Source: Octopus sinensis
Lineage: Eukaryota
Length of the DNA stretch: 64,000 nt
Direction of reading: 5' to 3'
NCBI RefSeq assembly: GCF_006345805.1
Contig: NC_043025.1
Location: forward strand, 2,728,001-2,792,000
The first letter of the stretch is position 1. Each line of letters begins with the position of its first letter. This document shows, piece after piece, positions 1 through 12,019 of this stretch. The notes below the pieces were generated by a model. It ran no database searches. It saw only the letters and a program-made list of their open reading frames with translations, and was not told the origin of the DNA. The position numbers and the translations under genes are program-made.

Positions 1-1265
1 AACCGCTACATCTACTTTGTGCAAGTTCCTCAGACTCTTTGTGAGAATATTAAAAAGTTGTGAGCCCTTGAATCCCAGGCTTTTGCAGAAGCTGGTCCTG
101 AAGCGTGATGGCACTATGCAGTGTCGTCCCGCTCTAGTATTGGTGTAGCTTACAATGCCAAAATTTGGCACAATTCCTTCCAGGATCTTCCAAACATATA
201 TTGCTGCATACCTCTCCCGTTTTCTCTCCAGGGAGTAGAGTCTTAGCTGTTTCAACCTTTCCCAGTAGCTGAGCTGTTGCAAAGAGACGATCCTCTTTGT
301 GAATCTTCTCTGGATTGCTTCAAGGTCCGCTGTTAATTTCACACTGGTGGGTGACCATAGCTGTGAGCAGTAATCCATGCGGCTGAGGACGAATGTCCGC
401 CAGAGGACCAACATCGTTTCCTTATCTCTGGTTCTGAATGTTCTTAGGATCCATCCATCCAGTCGTCTGCACTTTGTCGCAATCCTGGTAATGTGCACTT
501 GGAAAGAGGTATCATCACTCATGTCGATACCCAGATCCCTCACAGACTTAGGCTCTGGGATTGAAATTCCCTGTGGACCGGTGTATCCTGTAAGTTTAAT
601 ATTCAGTTTTGGATGCTGATAGCGCAGGGCCTGGAATTTTTCAGCATTAAGCTGCATATAATTATCTTCAGCCCATCTGTAGATTGAGTCCAATTCCTGC
701 TGCAGGTGTGCAACATCGCTGGGGTTCTGTATTTTCTGCGAGAATTTCGTATCGTCTGCATAGCTTGCCAGAGTGGCTATCCGGGCATATCTGAGAGGGC
801 CATTATAAAAAGCAGTGGTCCCAAGACAGTGCCCTGTGGAACACCGCTCACTATTTGTGTGTTCATAGAGGTGGCTCCATTAACCACTACTGCCTGACTC
901 CTATCTTTCAGGAAGTCATGTAACCACACTCCAAGTTTTCCAGCTATGCCTAGGTCACGCAGTTTGTGGCATATCATACCATGATCCACCTTGTCAAAAG
1001 CTTTTGAAAAATCAAGGTAGATTACGTCCACATTTGATTTGTTGAGTAATTGTCTCAACACCCAGTCATAATGTTGTAAGAGCTGGGTCAGGCAGCTCCT
1101 ACCTGGTCGAAAACCATGCTGGGTATCACTCAGCAAGTTATTTTCCTCAAGGAATGCGATTAGTTTCTTTCTGACTATCCGTTCCAGGAATTTGCTGATG
1201 TGTGAAGTCAGAGAGATAGGCCTATAGCTTTTGTCATCTGCTCTACTTCCCCCTTTATGTATTGG
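1..1265 (-). mobile_element. CR1/Jockey-group LINE reverse transcriptase fragment, frameshifted and truncated
   Basis: ORF 777-1136 has RT motifs QHGFRPGRSC, YLDFSKAFDKVDH and SGVPQGTVLGPLLF. The YADD region and C-terminus continue toward base 1 after a frameshift. Confidence 0.85.
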
Positions 1266-1550
1266 GCATATTATTTCTTCCTTCAGCTTGTTATATATAT
1301 ATAACGGAAGTTAATTAGTCCGATGGGGATTTCCAAAGTTAAAACGCTGACGAAAATGCGAACTTTGGTAATTAACGATTAACGGTTTCGTGCCTAGATT
1401 TATATTTGTTTTTGTTTTGGTTTTTGTGAATTCTCCCTATATAGATATTAGTTATTAATATTTGAGAGAATAAAATCCAAAAGATGGTGTAATTTAAATG
1501 TTCATTTTGAATTGGTAAAAGGTGTTTTTTTTAAAATCATACATATATAT

Positions 1551-1594
<44 letters not shown>

Positions 1595-1891
1595 TTAAAT
1601 TAGAGATAAAACCACTATTAGGCAAATCAAACTGTGAAAAACATAAACGTAAACATAGAAATAAAAACAATTAATATAATATACAAAATATATAAAATAT
1701 AAAATTTTAATTATTTAAATTGAAAGTTAAAAATTTAAGATTATTAATTTATATTTATAAATTTATATATATATATATATTTATTTAATTTTTTTTATTA
1801 AATATATATAACTATCAAAAAGTATTAAAAATTTAATATAAGATAAATATATATGTATGCATGTATGTATGTATGTATGCATGTATGTATG

Positions 1892-1925
<34 letters not shown>

Positions 1926-1940
1926 TGTATGTATGTATGT

Positions 1941-2413
1941 GCAAGCCATTCAAACACAACTCTAATCCGATTTTCACACATACACAAAAAAAAACATTTT
2001 CTGCATTAATCGAACAGTAAAGAACGAAAGCCAAAAAATCTCTTATGATAGTATAAATATAATTACTAACATGCGTGGTATTCGCTGTTTATTTCTCATC
2101 ATAGCTTAGATACAATTGTAAAACTTTAAAATACGACAGCCAAGTTAAGATGGACGGTAAAACTGTACTTATTATAGATACTTGAACAGGGATCGGAAAG
2201 GCAGTGGCAGAACATCTATCACAAGGAACTAAGGTTATATTAACATACTGTAACTTAACTAAAGCGAACACAGCAGCCGATGAAATGCTTTCTTCAACTG
2301 GTGTTTATTGGAAAATGATCAAATTTCCGTTCTTAATTGTTCGGTTGATGCAGAAAAAGTTTTTTTTTGTGTATGTGTGAAAATCGGATTAGGGTTGTGT
2401 TTGAATGGCTTGC
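1941..2413. mobile_element. MITE-like element with ~85-bp terminal inverted repeats
   Basis: GCAAGCCATTCAAACACAACTCTAATCCGATTTTCACACATACAC at 1941 is mirrored in reverse complement ending at 2413. Flanked by (TATG)n on the left and (CATA)n on the right. Confidence 0.7.
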
Positions 2414-2446
2414 ATATACATACATACATACATACATACATACATA

Positions 2447-2605
2447 CTGGCACAGGAGTGGATGTGTGGTAAGTAGCTTGCTAACCAAGAACTTGGTTCC
2501 GGGTTCAGTCCCACTGCGTGGCATCTTGGGCAAGTGTCTTCTGCTATAGCCCCGGGCCGACCAATGCCTTGTGAGTGGATTTGGTAGACGGAAACTGAAA
2601 GAACC

Positions 2606-2639
<34 letters not shown>

Positions 2640-2850
2640 TATATATATATATATGTATGTGTGTTTGTCCCCCTAGCATGCTTGACAACCGATGCTGGTG
2701 TGTTTACGTCCCCGTCGCCTAGCGGTTCGGCAAAAAGAGACCGATACAATAAGTACTGGGCTTACAAAGAATAAGTCCCGTGGTCGATTTGCTCGACTAA
2801 AGGCGGTGCTCCAGCATGGCCACAGTCAAATGACTGAAACAAGCAAAAGA
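2447..2850 (+). mobile_element. tRNA-derived SINE (family A)
   Basis: Head has A-box-like TGGATGTGTGG and B-box GGTTCAGTCCC, followed by an internal (TA)n tract. A homologous copy lies in the opposite orientation at 6618-7020. Confidence 0.8.
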
Positions 2851-3006
2851 GGAAAAGATAGAGTAAAGAGTAAATTAAAAATAGCAAGTTCTGGGGTTCG
2901 ATTCATTCGAAGCACATTTCTTCAAGGAATTGCTCAGCATTGCCGCAGTCTAATGATTGAAATAACCCGGATTCGCCGGATATTTATTTCGGTACTGTAA
3001 TATAAT

Positions 3007-3434
3007 GGATGGACTTTTTTGGTTTGAACGGCAGTTTTTAAGATAATTTCTAGGTAACTAAAAACTTTTAAACTTCGTATACTGGTAGAATTTGTTAATA
3101 AAACATCTTTTTCTCTTGACTTTATTGAGACAATTCTACAGTTTGTAAGATATTTGTTGTTTTTTTTCTTCAATTTCTGCAATTTCAACCAATCAGTGGC
3201 GTCCAGTGAGGTAAAAAAAACATTCTGTGCCGTATGAATATGTCCCTCGTTTAAGAAGCAACCTGGGTATATTTACATTTGTGAAGAAAAAAAGATACAC
3301 TTCCCCCACCCCTAACCCTAACCCTAACCCTGAAATAGATTGAAATGCAATAGATCGATACTAGGGTCAGAATTATGGGTGACATTTTCATATGACACCG
3401 CTAGAAAAATCTGCCGTTCAAACTGAAAAGATCC
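3007..3434. mobile_element. MITE with GGATCTTTTCGGTTTGAACGGCAG-type TIRs
   Basis: TTTGAACGGCAG at the left end and CTGCCGTTCAAACTGAAAAGATCC at the right end, with an internal (CCCTAA)3. A second copy is inverted at 8924-9312. Confidence 0.75.
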
Positions 3435-3764
3435 TAATGGTTATAAACCCAAACTCGACCATCAAAGTTTAAAAGGTTTTTATCGAATAAAAATAGAGCA
3501 AAACCAAACTTGAACGCAATAACATTTTTATGCCGCGAGTTGCTACATTCTCGACGAACTGAAATCAACGCTGCACACGTCGAGCCGCAAACAGAACAGA
3601 ACTCCGCGCAGCCGCACTGGAAGGTACATAATGGCAATCGAGACGACCAAAATCACGTGATCAAAGCTACACTCAAAATTTGTCTCTTTTTTAAGCTTCA
3701 CTCGTCATTCTGTGGCCACTCTGGGGCACCGCTTTGAAGAATCGACCTCATTCCTTGATATTAT

Positions 3765-3816
3765 TATTGTTATGATTATTATTATTATTATTATTATTAT
3801 TTATTATTATTATTAA

Positions 3817-3848
<32 letters not shown>

Positions 3849-3954
3849 TATATTATTATTATTAATTATTATTATTATTATTATATCAATATTATTATTA
3901 TTATTATTATTTATTATTATTATTATTATTATAATTATTATATTATTATTATAA

Positions 3955-4026
<72 letters not shown>

Positions 4027-4163
4027 TATAATTATTATTATTATTATTATTATTATTATAATTATTATTATTAGTATTATTATTATTATATTTTTTATTA
4101 TTATAATTATTATTATTATTATTATATTATTATTATTATTATTATTATAATATTATTATATTA

Positions 4164-4201
<38 letters not shown>

Positions 4202-4336
4202 TATATTATTATATTATTATCATTATATTATTATTATTATTATTATTATATATTATTATTATTTATTATTATTATTATTATTTTTTATTATTATATTATT
4301 ATTATTATTATTATTATTATCATTATTATTATTATA

Positions 4337-4382
<46 letters not shown>

Positions 4383-4390
4383 TATTATTA

Positions 4391-4428
<38 letters not shown>

Positions 4429-4468
4429 ATTATCACTATTATTATTATAATTATTATTATTATTATCA

Positions 4469-4499
<31 letters not shown>

Positions 4500-4606
4500 T
4501 ATTATTATCATTATTATTATTATTATTATATTATTATTATATTATTATTATTATTTATTATTATAATTATCACTATTATTATTATAATTATTATTATTAT
4601 TATCAA

Positions 4607-4639
<33 letters not shown>

Positions 4640-4687
4640 CATTATTATTATTATATTATTATTATTATTATTATATTATAATTATTA

Positions 4688-4760
<73 letters not shown>
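3765..4760. repeat. ~1 kb imperfect (ATT)n microsatellite
   Basis: Read directly from the sequence. Confidence 0.97.
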
Positions 4761-4761
<1 letters not shown>

Positions 4762-4764
<3 letters not shown>

Positions 4765-5130
4765 GGAGAAGAGAATTAATACATTCGAGCTTTGGTGCTG
4801 GAGAAGACTTTTACGGATTCCATGGACAGAGAGACTCACCAATGGAGAAGTTTTTAAGCAGATTAGGCCGAAAATGTCGCTAGAAGCTAGGATCACCAAG
4901 CATAGATTGGCATATTTCGGTCATATTATGCGGAGAAAATCCCTGGAGAAGGACATCATGCTCGGAATGGTCAGTGGCAAGAGAGGAAGAGGCCGACCAA
5001 GAACCCGCTGGCTTCACACCATCAAGAGTGATACCGGAATGGACATGGCCAGTCTGAAAGAAGCGGCCCAGGAGAGAACTGACTGGAGGACACTGAGCCA
5101 ACGAGTGACCGAGAGTCGACTTCCACTGAG
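4762..5130 (+). mobile_element. RTE-clade (BovB-like) LINE 3' fragment
   Basis: Translation gives FELWCWRRLLRIPWT...LAYFGHIMRRKSLEKDIMLGMVSGKRGRGRPRTRW, the typical RTE C-terminus. Confidence 0.85.
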
Positions 5131-5136
5131 CGGATA

Positions 5137-6299
5137 TCCATATATATATAAAACTGAGAATGTGTGTCTGTCTGTCGGTCTTCTGTCTGTGTGTTTCCCT
5201 AAAACTTGAGAACTACACAACCAATTTCATTCACATTTTACACAAGCCTTACTTAGGGTCCGGGGAGTGTCATCGGCAAAATTTTGTTTACTTTTTGCCG
5301 AGGGCGAGCCCACAGCAATATCATATCTTCTCCACTACGATTCCCTAAAATTTGAGAACTACACAACCAATTCCATTCAAATTTTACACATGCCTTACTT
5401 AGGGTCCATGTAGTTTCATGGGCAAAGTAAATGTTCACATTCTTGCCTAGAGCGAGCCCATAGCAACATCATATCTTCTCCACTATTTCAGTATTACGTG
5501 TTAAAAGTGAAACAAAAACGTTTCTCTATTTTATGTCAGATACTTTCACTTTAACAATAAAAATAATAATTACAATTGAATTGAATGTAGTAAGTAATAA
5601 TTAAAATCAAACTAAAGTAACATAACAAAAGTAAATTTGCATCAATGATTTGAACTTGAATAAGTGGTTTCACATGAATGGGAATAAATTAAAAATAAAA
5701 TTAGTGTGAAGAAATGGAATAGTCCAGATGGATAATACAAAACTAAATTAAAGAAAAGACTATTGTCTATAAAGTATACAATGTAGAGAAAAAAGGAGAT
5801 TTGAACACATGGAGGAAAGCACCTTCGAAAAGTGTCGTGGTGCGACTATGAAAGGTATCTAATCAGAGGCGGAAAATTCGCCACAATAGAAACAAGGTTT
5901 GAGTCAACGGAGCGTGCAAGGGAGTACTCGACTCGAACTTGCAAAGTGGAAATATTCTATCTTTACCTTTATATCTGGGACGTAGGACGTCCCGGAAAAA
6001 AAATTTAAATGCACCCTCCCCCCACCAGAAGTAGAGATAGGCTGGATTGTAGCCACACTTCTATACAAAACGGAGGACAAGATACAATTGATCGAAAGTA
6101 CAAGAGACGGGCTAACAATTACAGTCTGTTATATATTTTGTGTATTGTTATCACTAGCGATATCAAAATATAACTTTGTATTTTGTATTTTATGTGTAAA
6201 TGTATACATATAGATGTACATAGTACATGTACACATACATATGCATATATATACATGCACTAGAACTATAACCCGGCAACGACGGGTCTTTAATGCTAG
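5137..6299 (+). mobile_element. Non-autonomous Helitron-like element
   Basis: 5' end is TC(CATATATATATAAAAC) at 5137. The 3' end has hairpin CCCGGCAACGACGGG (6272-6286) then CTAG (6296-6299). It sits between host A (5136) and T (6300) with no target-site duplication, and contains an internal tandem duplication of ~140 bp. Confidence 0.75.
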
Positions 6300-6333
6300 T
6301 AGATATATATATTATAATATGTATATATGTATA

Positions 6334-6389
<56 letters not shown>

Positions 6390-6395
<6 letters not shown>

Positions 6396-6592
6396 CATAT
6401 TAAAAGGGCTTAGTAAAATAAATTATTTTGCCACATACTGAACTTTGCCACATGTACACACTGGCAAAGTAATTTATTTTACTAAGCCCTTTATAAAATG
6501 TAATATTTTGAATTCGCCTTAAATGGTCCCTTTACATACTGAATACCTGGTGAAATTGATTAATAATTAATTAATTTTACCCTCAATTGTTG
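6390..6592 (-). repeat. Diverged relative of the 582-bp array unit, with a ~45-bp-arm hairpin, between (TA)n tracts
   Basis: The reverse complement CAATTGAGGGTAAAATTAATTAATT...ATCAATTTCACCAGGTA...AAGGGCTTAG aligns by eye with the array unit start. AAGGGCTTAGTAAAATAAATTA is mirrored by TAATTTATTTTACTAAGCCCTT. Confidence 0.6.
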
Positions 6593-6617
6593 AAATATAT
6601 ATATATATACATATATA

Positions 6618-7020
6618 CTCTTTTACTCTGTTACTTGTTTCAGTCATTTTACTGTGGCCATGCTAGAGCACCGACTTTAGTCGAGCAAATCGACTCCAGG
6701 ACTTATTCTTTGTAAGCCTAGTACTTATTCTATCGGTGTCTTTTGCCGAACCGCTAAGTTACGGACGTAAACACACCAGCATCGGTTGTGAAGCGATGTT
6801 GGGAGACACACAGACACACAGACAACATACAACACACACATACATTTATATACATATATACGACGGGCTTCTTTCAGTTTCCATCTACCAAATCCACTCA
6901 CAAGGCTTTGGTCGGCCAAAGACTATAGTAGAAGACACTTGCCCAAGGTGCCACGTAGTGGGACTGAACCTGGAACCATGTGGTTGGTAAGCAAGCTACT
7001 TACCACACAGCCACTCCTAC
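6618..7020 (-). mobile_element. tRNA-derived SINE (family A)
   Basis: Reverse-complement homolog of 2447-2850. Confidence 0.8.
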
Positions 7021-7177
7021 CTTCATCTTTATTCCAGTTGTTGGGCCGTGGTTATGCTGGAGCAGCACCTCGAACAAATTTAGTCGATTTATTCGACTGA
7101 AAACCAGCTGGAAACCGTTCAGCGACGTGCAACCGAGAGAAAACCCTCCTTAGGCATTTGCCATATTCTGGACGCCT

Positions 7178-7695
7178 TACCGTAAATCCTCGAATATATT
7201 CCGCCCTATAATACGTAGGGGATTTTTAGGGGACTGTACCTCTGAGAAACCTAAACCTTGTGTATAACTTGAGTCAAGGAGGTCTATAAAATGTCCTTGC
7301 TTTGTAAAAAGGTATATGGTAACGTCCTTAATTATTATTGTATACATAACATAATGCAAACATGTAGCTTTTTTGTGCATTTTGTTTGTAGAAAATAAAG
7401 AAATAACAGTAATAACGTCAGTGAAAAATAAATATTAAGTAAATTGCCTTTACATATTTATCACTATCAGTTACAAAAGCAAAGTCATTTATTCAAATCC
7501 TTCAAATTCAACCTCTCTTTCAGCATCAAATAACTGTTCTATTTGTTCCCCCGTAAACATGTCAGCATCATTGTAGTGTAAATCTCCGTCATCGTCAGAT
7601 TCATAGTCAACATCAGACGATTCCCTATCATTTATTTCATCTTTCCATACAACGTCATCCAGTGCAGACGACATACATTTGATAAAACTTTCCTA
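7178..7695 (-). mobile_element. pogo/Tigger-like DNA transposon 3' end
   Basis: TA-CCGTAAATCCTCGAATATA terminus at 7178. The minus-strand peptide RKSFIKCMSSALDD...acidic tract...EFEGFE* resembles pogo transposase C-termini. Confidence 0.55.
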
Positions 7696-7839
7696 ACACC
7701 AACCACTCAGCAGAATGGACCGAGTGCTTTTATGTGGCACCAGCACCGGCAGGGTCACCAAATAACTTGGAAGACAAGGAATTCTGAGAGGGGGAGGGGA
7801 CATTTAAGGAGGGGATCTTGTGTCGGATGAGGAAAGGTT

Positions 7840-8710
7840 AGAGTGAGACAGAAAGACAGAAACAGGTGGGTAGCTGTAGGGGAGGTACAAGGTTACTCAG
7901 CCAGATAGAGTGAAGGTGACAGTGAAGGGAAAGAGGGAGAAATAGTGAAGGAAAGAGGGAGGGAGGGGTGTGAGTAAGAGGGGGAGAGGGTGGGAGAGAT
8001 GGAGAAAGGGAGAAAGGGCAGGGCGGAAGTAAGAGTGAGAGAGGGTGGGAGAGGGAGAGGGAGAGAGGGTAGGAAAGTGAATGAGAGGGATAGAGTGAGA
8101 GAGCAGAGGCAGAGAGAGGAAGAGGGAGGGAGAGAGGAGATGAGACAGAGTGGGAGGGAGGGTGGAGAGAGGGAGAGATGGAGAGAGAGAGGGGAGACGG
8201 AGAGAGACGGAGAAAAAAGCGGAAAGGGCGAGGGGAGAGGGCGAGAGGGCGAGAGACAGAGGGAGAGAGGGGAAAGACAGAGGGAAGAGAGAGAAAAGGA
8301 AAGATGGAGAGGGGAGAGAGGGAGAGAGAACGATCAGGAATGAGGACGGAAGCAAGTGTGTTGCTGTAGAGGAGATGCATGGTTAGAGAGAGAGAGGAGG
8401 GGAGAAAGAGGAAGAGTGAGGAAGAGAGAGAGAGTGCTAGAGAGAGCAGGAGAACGATGATGGTGAAGTGTCGGGGGAGGGCAGAACATAGAAAGGGTGA
8501 TAGAGTAAAGGAAGAGAGAGAGAGAGAGAGAGAGAAATGGCAGCAAGTGGCAGGGGAATAGCGTCGAGGTAGAGGGAGGCTACGATATAAGTGGCAGGAC
8601 GTTGCCAAGGAAACGCGAGAAGGTAGCGGGAGGCAGAGACTATGAGATCATGGTATATAGAGGGAGGGAGGGAGGGATAGGAATGATAGAGAGAGCAGAG
8701 CGGGGGGGGG
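7840..8710. repeat. Purine-rich (GA/GGA) low-complexity tract
   Basis: Read directly from the sequence. Explains the spurious S/L/P-rich and R/E/G-rich ORFs. Confidence 0.9.
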
Positions 8711-8923
8711 GACAGCATTCGTCACTGCGGCGTATAAGGGCTTGCTTACTGGACTGGTCAAAGGGAGAATACTCGAGCTTGCCGATCGACAAGGTTTATT
8801 ATTTGTTTACTAATTACCTGCCCCTAATGGATTTCTACCGCCAGCTTCAAGAGGTATATGCCCCCCCCCCGTCATTAAGGGTGCTGAGTCGTTCATAGGG
8901 TTAAGTGTCTTATATATGCGAAT

Positions 8924-9312
8924 GGATCTTTTCGGTTTGAACGGCAGTGTTTTCTAGCGGTGTCATATGAAATTGTCACCCATAATTATGACCCTAGTAT
9001 TTTAGGGTTAGGGGTGGGGGAAGGGTATCTTTTTTTTCAGAAATGTAAATAAACGCAGTCTGTTTCTTAAACGAGGGACATATTTATACGGCACAGAATG
9101 TTTTTTTTTTACCTCAATAGACGTCATTGATTGGTTGAAATTGCAGAAATTGAAAGAAAAAAACAACAGATATCTTAGAAACCATAGACTTTTCCCAATA
9201 AAGCCAAGAGAAAAAGATGTTTTATAAACACATTCTACCATTATACGTAGTTTAAAAGTTTAGTTACGTGGAAATTATTTTTAAGAAACTGCCGTTCAAA
9301 CCGAATGTATCC
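8924..9312. mobile_element. MITE, same family as 3007-3434, inverted
   Basis: GGATCTTTTCGGTTTGAACGGCAG at the left and CTGCCGTTCAAACCGAATGTATCC at the right. Interior is the reverse complement of 3007-3434. Confidence 0.75.
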
Positions 9313-9661
9313 CACTCTATGAGGGTACATATGCTGAACTGCATATCAATATATATATATATATATATATATATGAGTAACAATGAAGGGTGAAATTAAT
9401 TAATTTGGAACAATTATCAATTACACCAAGTAGTCTTCGGCATGTAAAAGCCTCATTCGAGGAAAATTTAAGTAATACTAAGCAATTAAGGGTTTAGCAA
9501 CGAATTGCCTTACCACACACCGAATTTAGAAATAGCAGTCAAAGAGATTATAGCTATTTCTTCTACTAAAGGAGATCACAGTAAAGGCACAGCATTTGAA
9601 AGGCAAACACAAACAGGTAAAAGAGAATGAATTAACGGCACTATCATACAGTTTTAAGTCA

Positions 9662-9753
9662 CCTACGGACGTACGTTTCGAGATCAAGTCTTAGGAAAGC
9701 ATAAGAATTAGATAACTCTACTTTACCCAGACTTCTTCTTTCATCAGCGCAGA
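9662..9753 (-). ncRNA. Type I hammerhead ribozyme motif, copy 1
   Basis: Minus strand reads UCUGCG-CUGAUGA-[long stem II]-GAAAC-GUAC-GUC-CGUAGG, so core and three stems are present. Confidence 0.65.
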
Positions 9754-10247
9754 ATACAAACAATCATGAATGATTGAATATTGAATTTTGAGATACTAGA
9801 AGGCACCAACTCAACCCAGTATCAGAGCGAGCTAGAAGCCACAGCTAGTATCACCAAATTCAAAGTATGAATGAAAGCTTGTGTCACCAGTCCCTTGCCA
9901 CCCGCGTGTAGCCAAGACAAAGTGCTGTGGTCATTTACTGGGATGGATATGGTTTATGAGTAACAATGAAGGGTGAAATTAATTAATTTGGAACAATTAT
10001 CAATTACACCAAGTAGTCTTCGGCATGTAAAAGCCTCATTCGAGGAAAATTTAAGTAATACTAAGCAATTAAGGGTTTAGCAACGAATTGCCTTACCACA
10101 CACCGAATTTAGAAATAGCAGTCAAAGAGATTATAGCTATTTCTTCTACTAAAAGGGACATCACAGTAAAGGCACAGCATTTGAAAGGCAAACACAAACA
10201 GGTAAAAGAGAATGAATTAACGGCAATCTATCATACAGTTTTAAGTT

Positions 10248-10341
10248 CCCTACGGACGTACGTTTCGAGATCAAGTCTTAGGAAAGCATAAGAATTAGAT
10301 AACTCTACTTTACCCAGACTTCTTCTTTCATCAGCGCAGGA
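10248..10341 (-). ncRNA. Type I hammerhead ribozyme motif, copy 2
   Basis: Minus strand reads UCCUGCG-CUGAUGA-AAGAAGAAGUCU...AGACUUGAUCUC-GAAAC-GUAC-GUC-CGUAGGG. Stem I is 6-7 bp and stem III is the palindrome ACGUACGU. Confidence 0.7.
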
Positions 10342-10824
10342 TACAAACAATCATGAATGATTGAATATTTAATTTTGAGATACTAGAAGGCACCAACTCA
10401 ACCAGTATCAGAGCGAGCTAGAAGCCACAGCTAGTATCACCAAATCAAAGTATGAATGAAAGCTTGTGTCACCAGTCCCTTGCCACCGCGTGTAGCCAAG
10501 ACAAGTGCTGTGGTCATTTACTGGGATGGATATGGTTATGAGTAACAATGAAGGTGAAATTAATTAATTTGGACATTATCAATTACACCAAGTAGTCTTC
10601 GGCATGTAAAAGCCTCATTCGAGGAAAATTTAAGTAATACTAAGCAATTAAGGGTTTAGCAACGAATTGCCTTACCACACCGAATTTAGAAATAGCAGTC
10701 AAAGAGATTATAGCTATTTCTTCTACTAAAAGGGACATCACAGTAAAGGCACAGCATTTGAAAGGCAAACACAAACAGGTAAAAGAGAATGAATTAACGG
10801 CAATCTATCATACAGTTTTAAGTT

Positions 10825-10918
10825 CCCTACGGACGTACGTTTCGAGATCAAGTCTTAGGAAAGCATAAGAATTAGATAACTCTACTTTACCCAGACTTCT
10901 TCTTTCATCAGCGCAGGA
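10825..10918 (-). ncRNA. Type I hammerhead ribozyme motif, copy 3
   Basis: Same motif as copy 2. Confidence 0.7.
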
Positions 10919-11408
10919 TACAAACAATCATGATTGATTGAATATTGAATTTTGAGATACTAGAAGGCACCAACTCAACCCAGTATCAGAGCGAGCTAGA
11001 AGCCACAGCTAGTATCACCAAATTCAAAGTATGAATGAAAGCTTGGTCACCAGTCCCTTGCCACCCGCGTGTAGCCAAGACAAAGTGCTGTGGTCATTTA
11101 CTGGGATGGATATGGTTATGAGTAACAATGAAGGGTGAAATTAATTAATTGGAACAATTATCAATTACACCAAGTAGTCTTCGGCATGTAAAAGCCTCAT
11201 TCGAGGAAAATTTAAGTAATACTAAGCAATTAAGGGTTTAGCAACGAATTGCCTTACCACACACCGAATTTAGAAATAGCAGTCAAAGAGATTATAGCTA
11301 TTTCTTCTACTAAAAGGGACATCACAGTAAAGGCACAGCATTTGAAAGGCAAACACAAACAGGTAAAAGAGAATGAATTAACGGCAATCTATCATACAGT
11401 TTTAAGTT

Positions 11409-11500
11409 CCCTACGGACGTACGTTTCGAGATCAAGTCTTAGGAAAGCATAAGAATTAGATAACTCTATTACCCAGACTTCTTCTTTCATCAGCGCAGGA
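11409..11500 (-). ncRNA. Type I hammerhead ribozyme motif, copy 4
   Basis: Same motif as copy 2, with a 2-nt deletion in distal stem II only. Confidence 0.68.
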
Positions 11501-12019
11501 TACAAACAATCATGATTGATTGATATTGAATTTTGAGATACTAAGGCACCAACTCAACCCAGTATCAGAGCGAGCTAGAAGCCACAGCTAGTATCACCAA
11601 ATTCAAAGTATGAATGAAAGCTTGTGTCACCAGTCCCTTGCCACCCGCGTGTAGCCAAGACAAAGTGCTGTGGTCATTTACTGGGATGGATATGGTTTAT
11701 GAGTAACAATGAAGGGTGAAATTAATTAATTTGGAACAATTATCAATTACACCAAGTAGTCTTCGGCATGTAAAAGCCTCATTCGAGGAAAATTTAAGTA
11801 ATACTAAGCAATTAAGGGTTTAGCAACGAATTGCCTTACCACACACCGAATTTAGAAATAGCAGTCAAAGAGATTATAGCTATTTCTTCTACTAAAAGGG
11901 ACATCACAGTAAAGGCACAGCATTTGAAAGGCAAACACAACAGGTAAAAGAGAATGAATTAACGGCAATCTATCATACAGTTTTTTTGAAATATTATATT
12001 ATATAATATTATAATATTA

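Larger units (their letters stand above)
9375..11983. repeat. Tandem array of a ~582-bp unit, 4.5 copies (retrozyme or Penelope pseudo-LTR-like)
   Basis: Unit start GAGTAACAATGAAG at 9375, 9958, 10540, 11120 and 11701. Copies are near-identical. The array begins directly after a (TA)n tract. Confidence 0.95.

Noticed and set aside
1325-1400. CTGACGA hammerhead candidate
   Set aside because: No correctly placed GAAA and no stems I or III.
3311-3331. (CCCTAA)3 interstitial telomere
   Set aside because: It is only three units and is an internal part of a MITE, with a remnant in the second copy near 9003-9015.
7838-8718. Long S/L/P-rich and R/E/G-rich ORFs
   Set aside because: These come from the GA-rich low-complexity tract.
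8720-8905. piggyBac-like end (AGGG-TTAA)
   Set aside because: Only a single short terminus with no partner TIR or transposase, which is too weak to call.
10088-11452. Duplicated 67-aa ORF MPYHTPNLEIAV...
   Set aside because: It starts at TTG, has no recognisable motif, and is broken by indels in other array copies.
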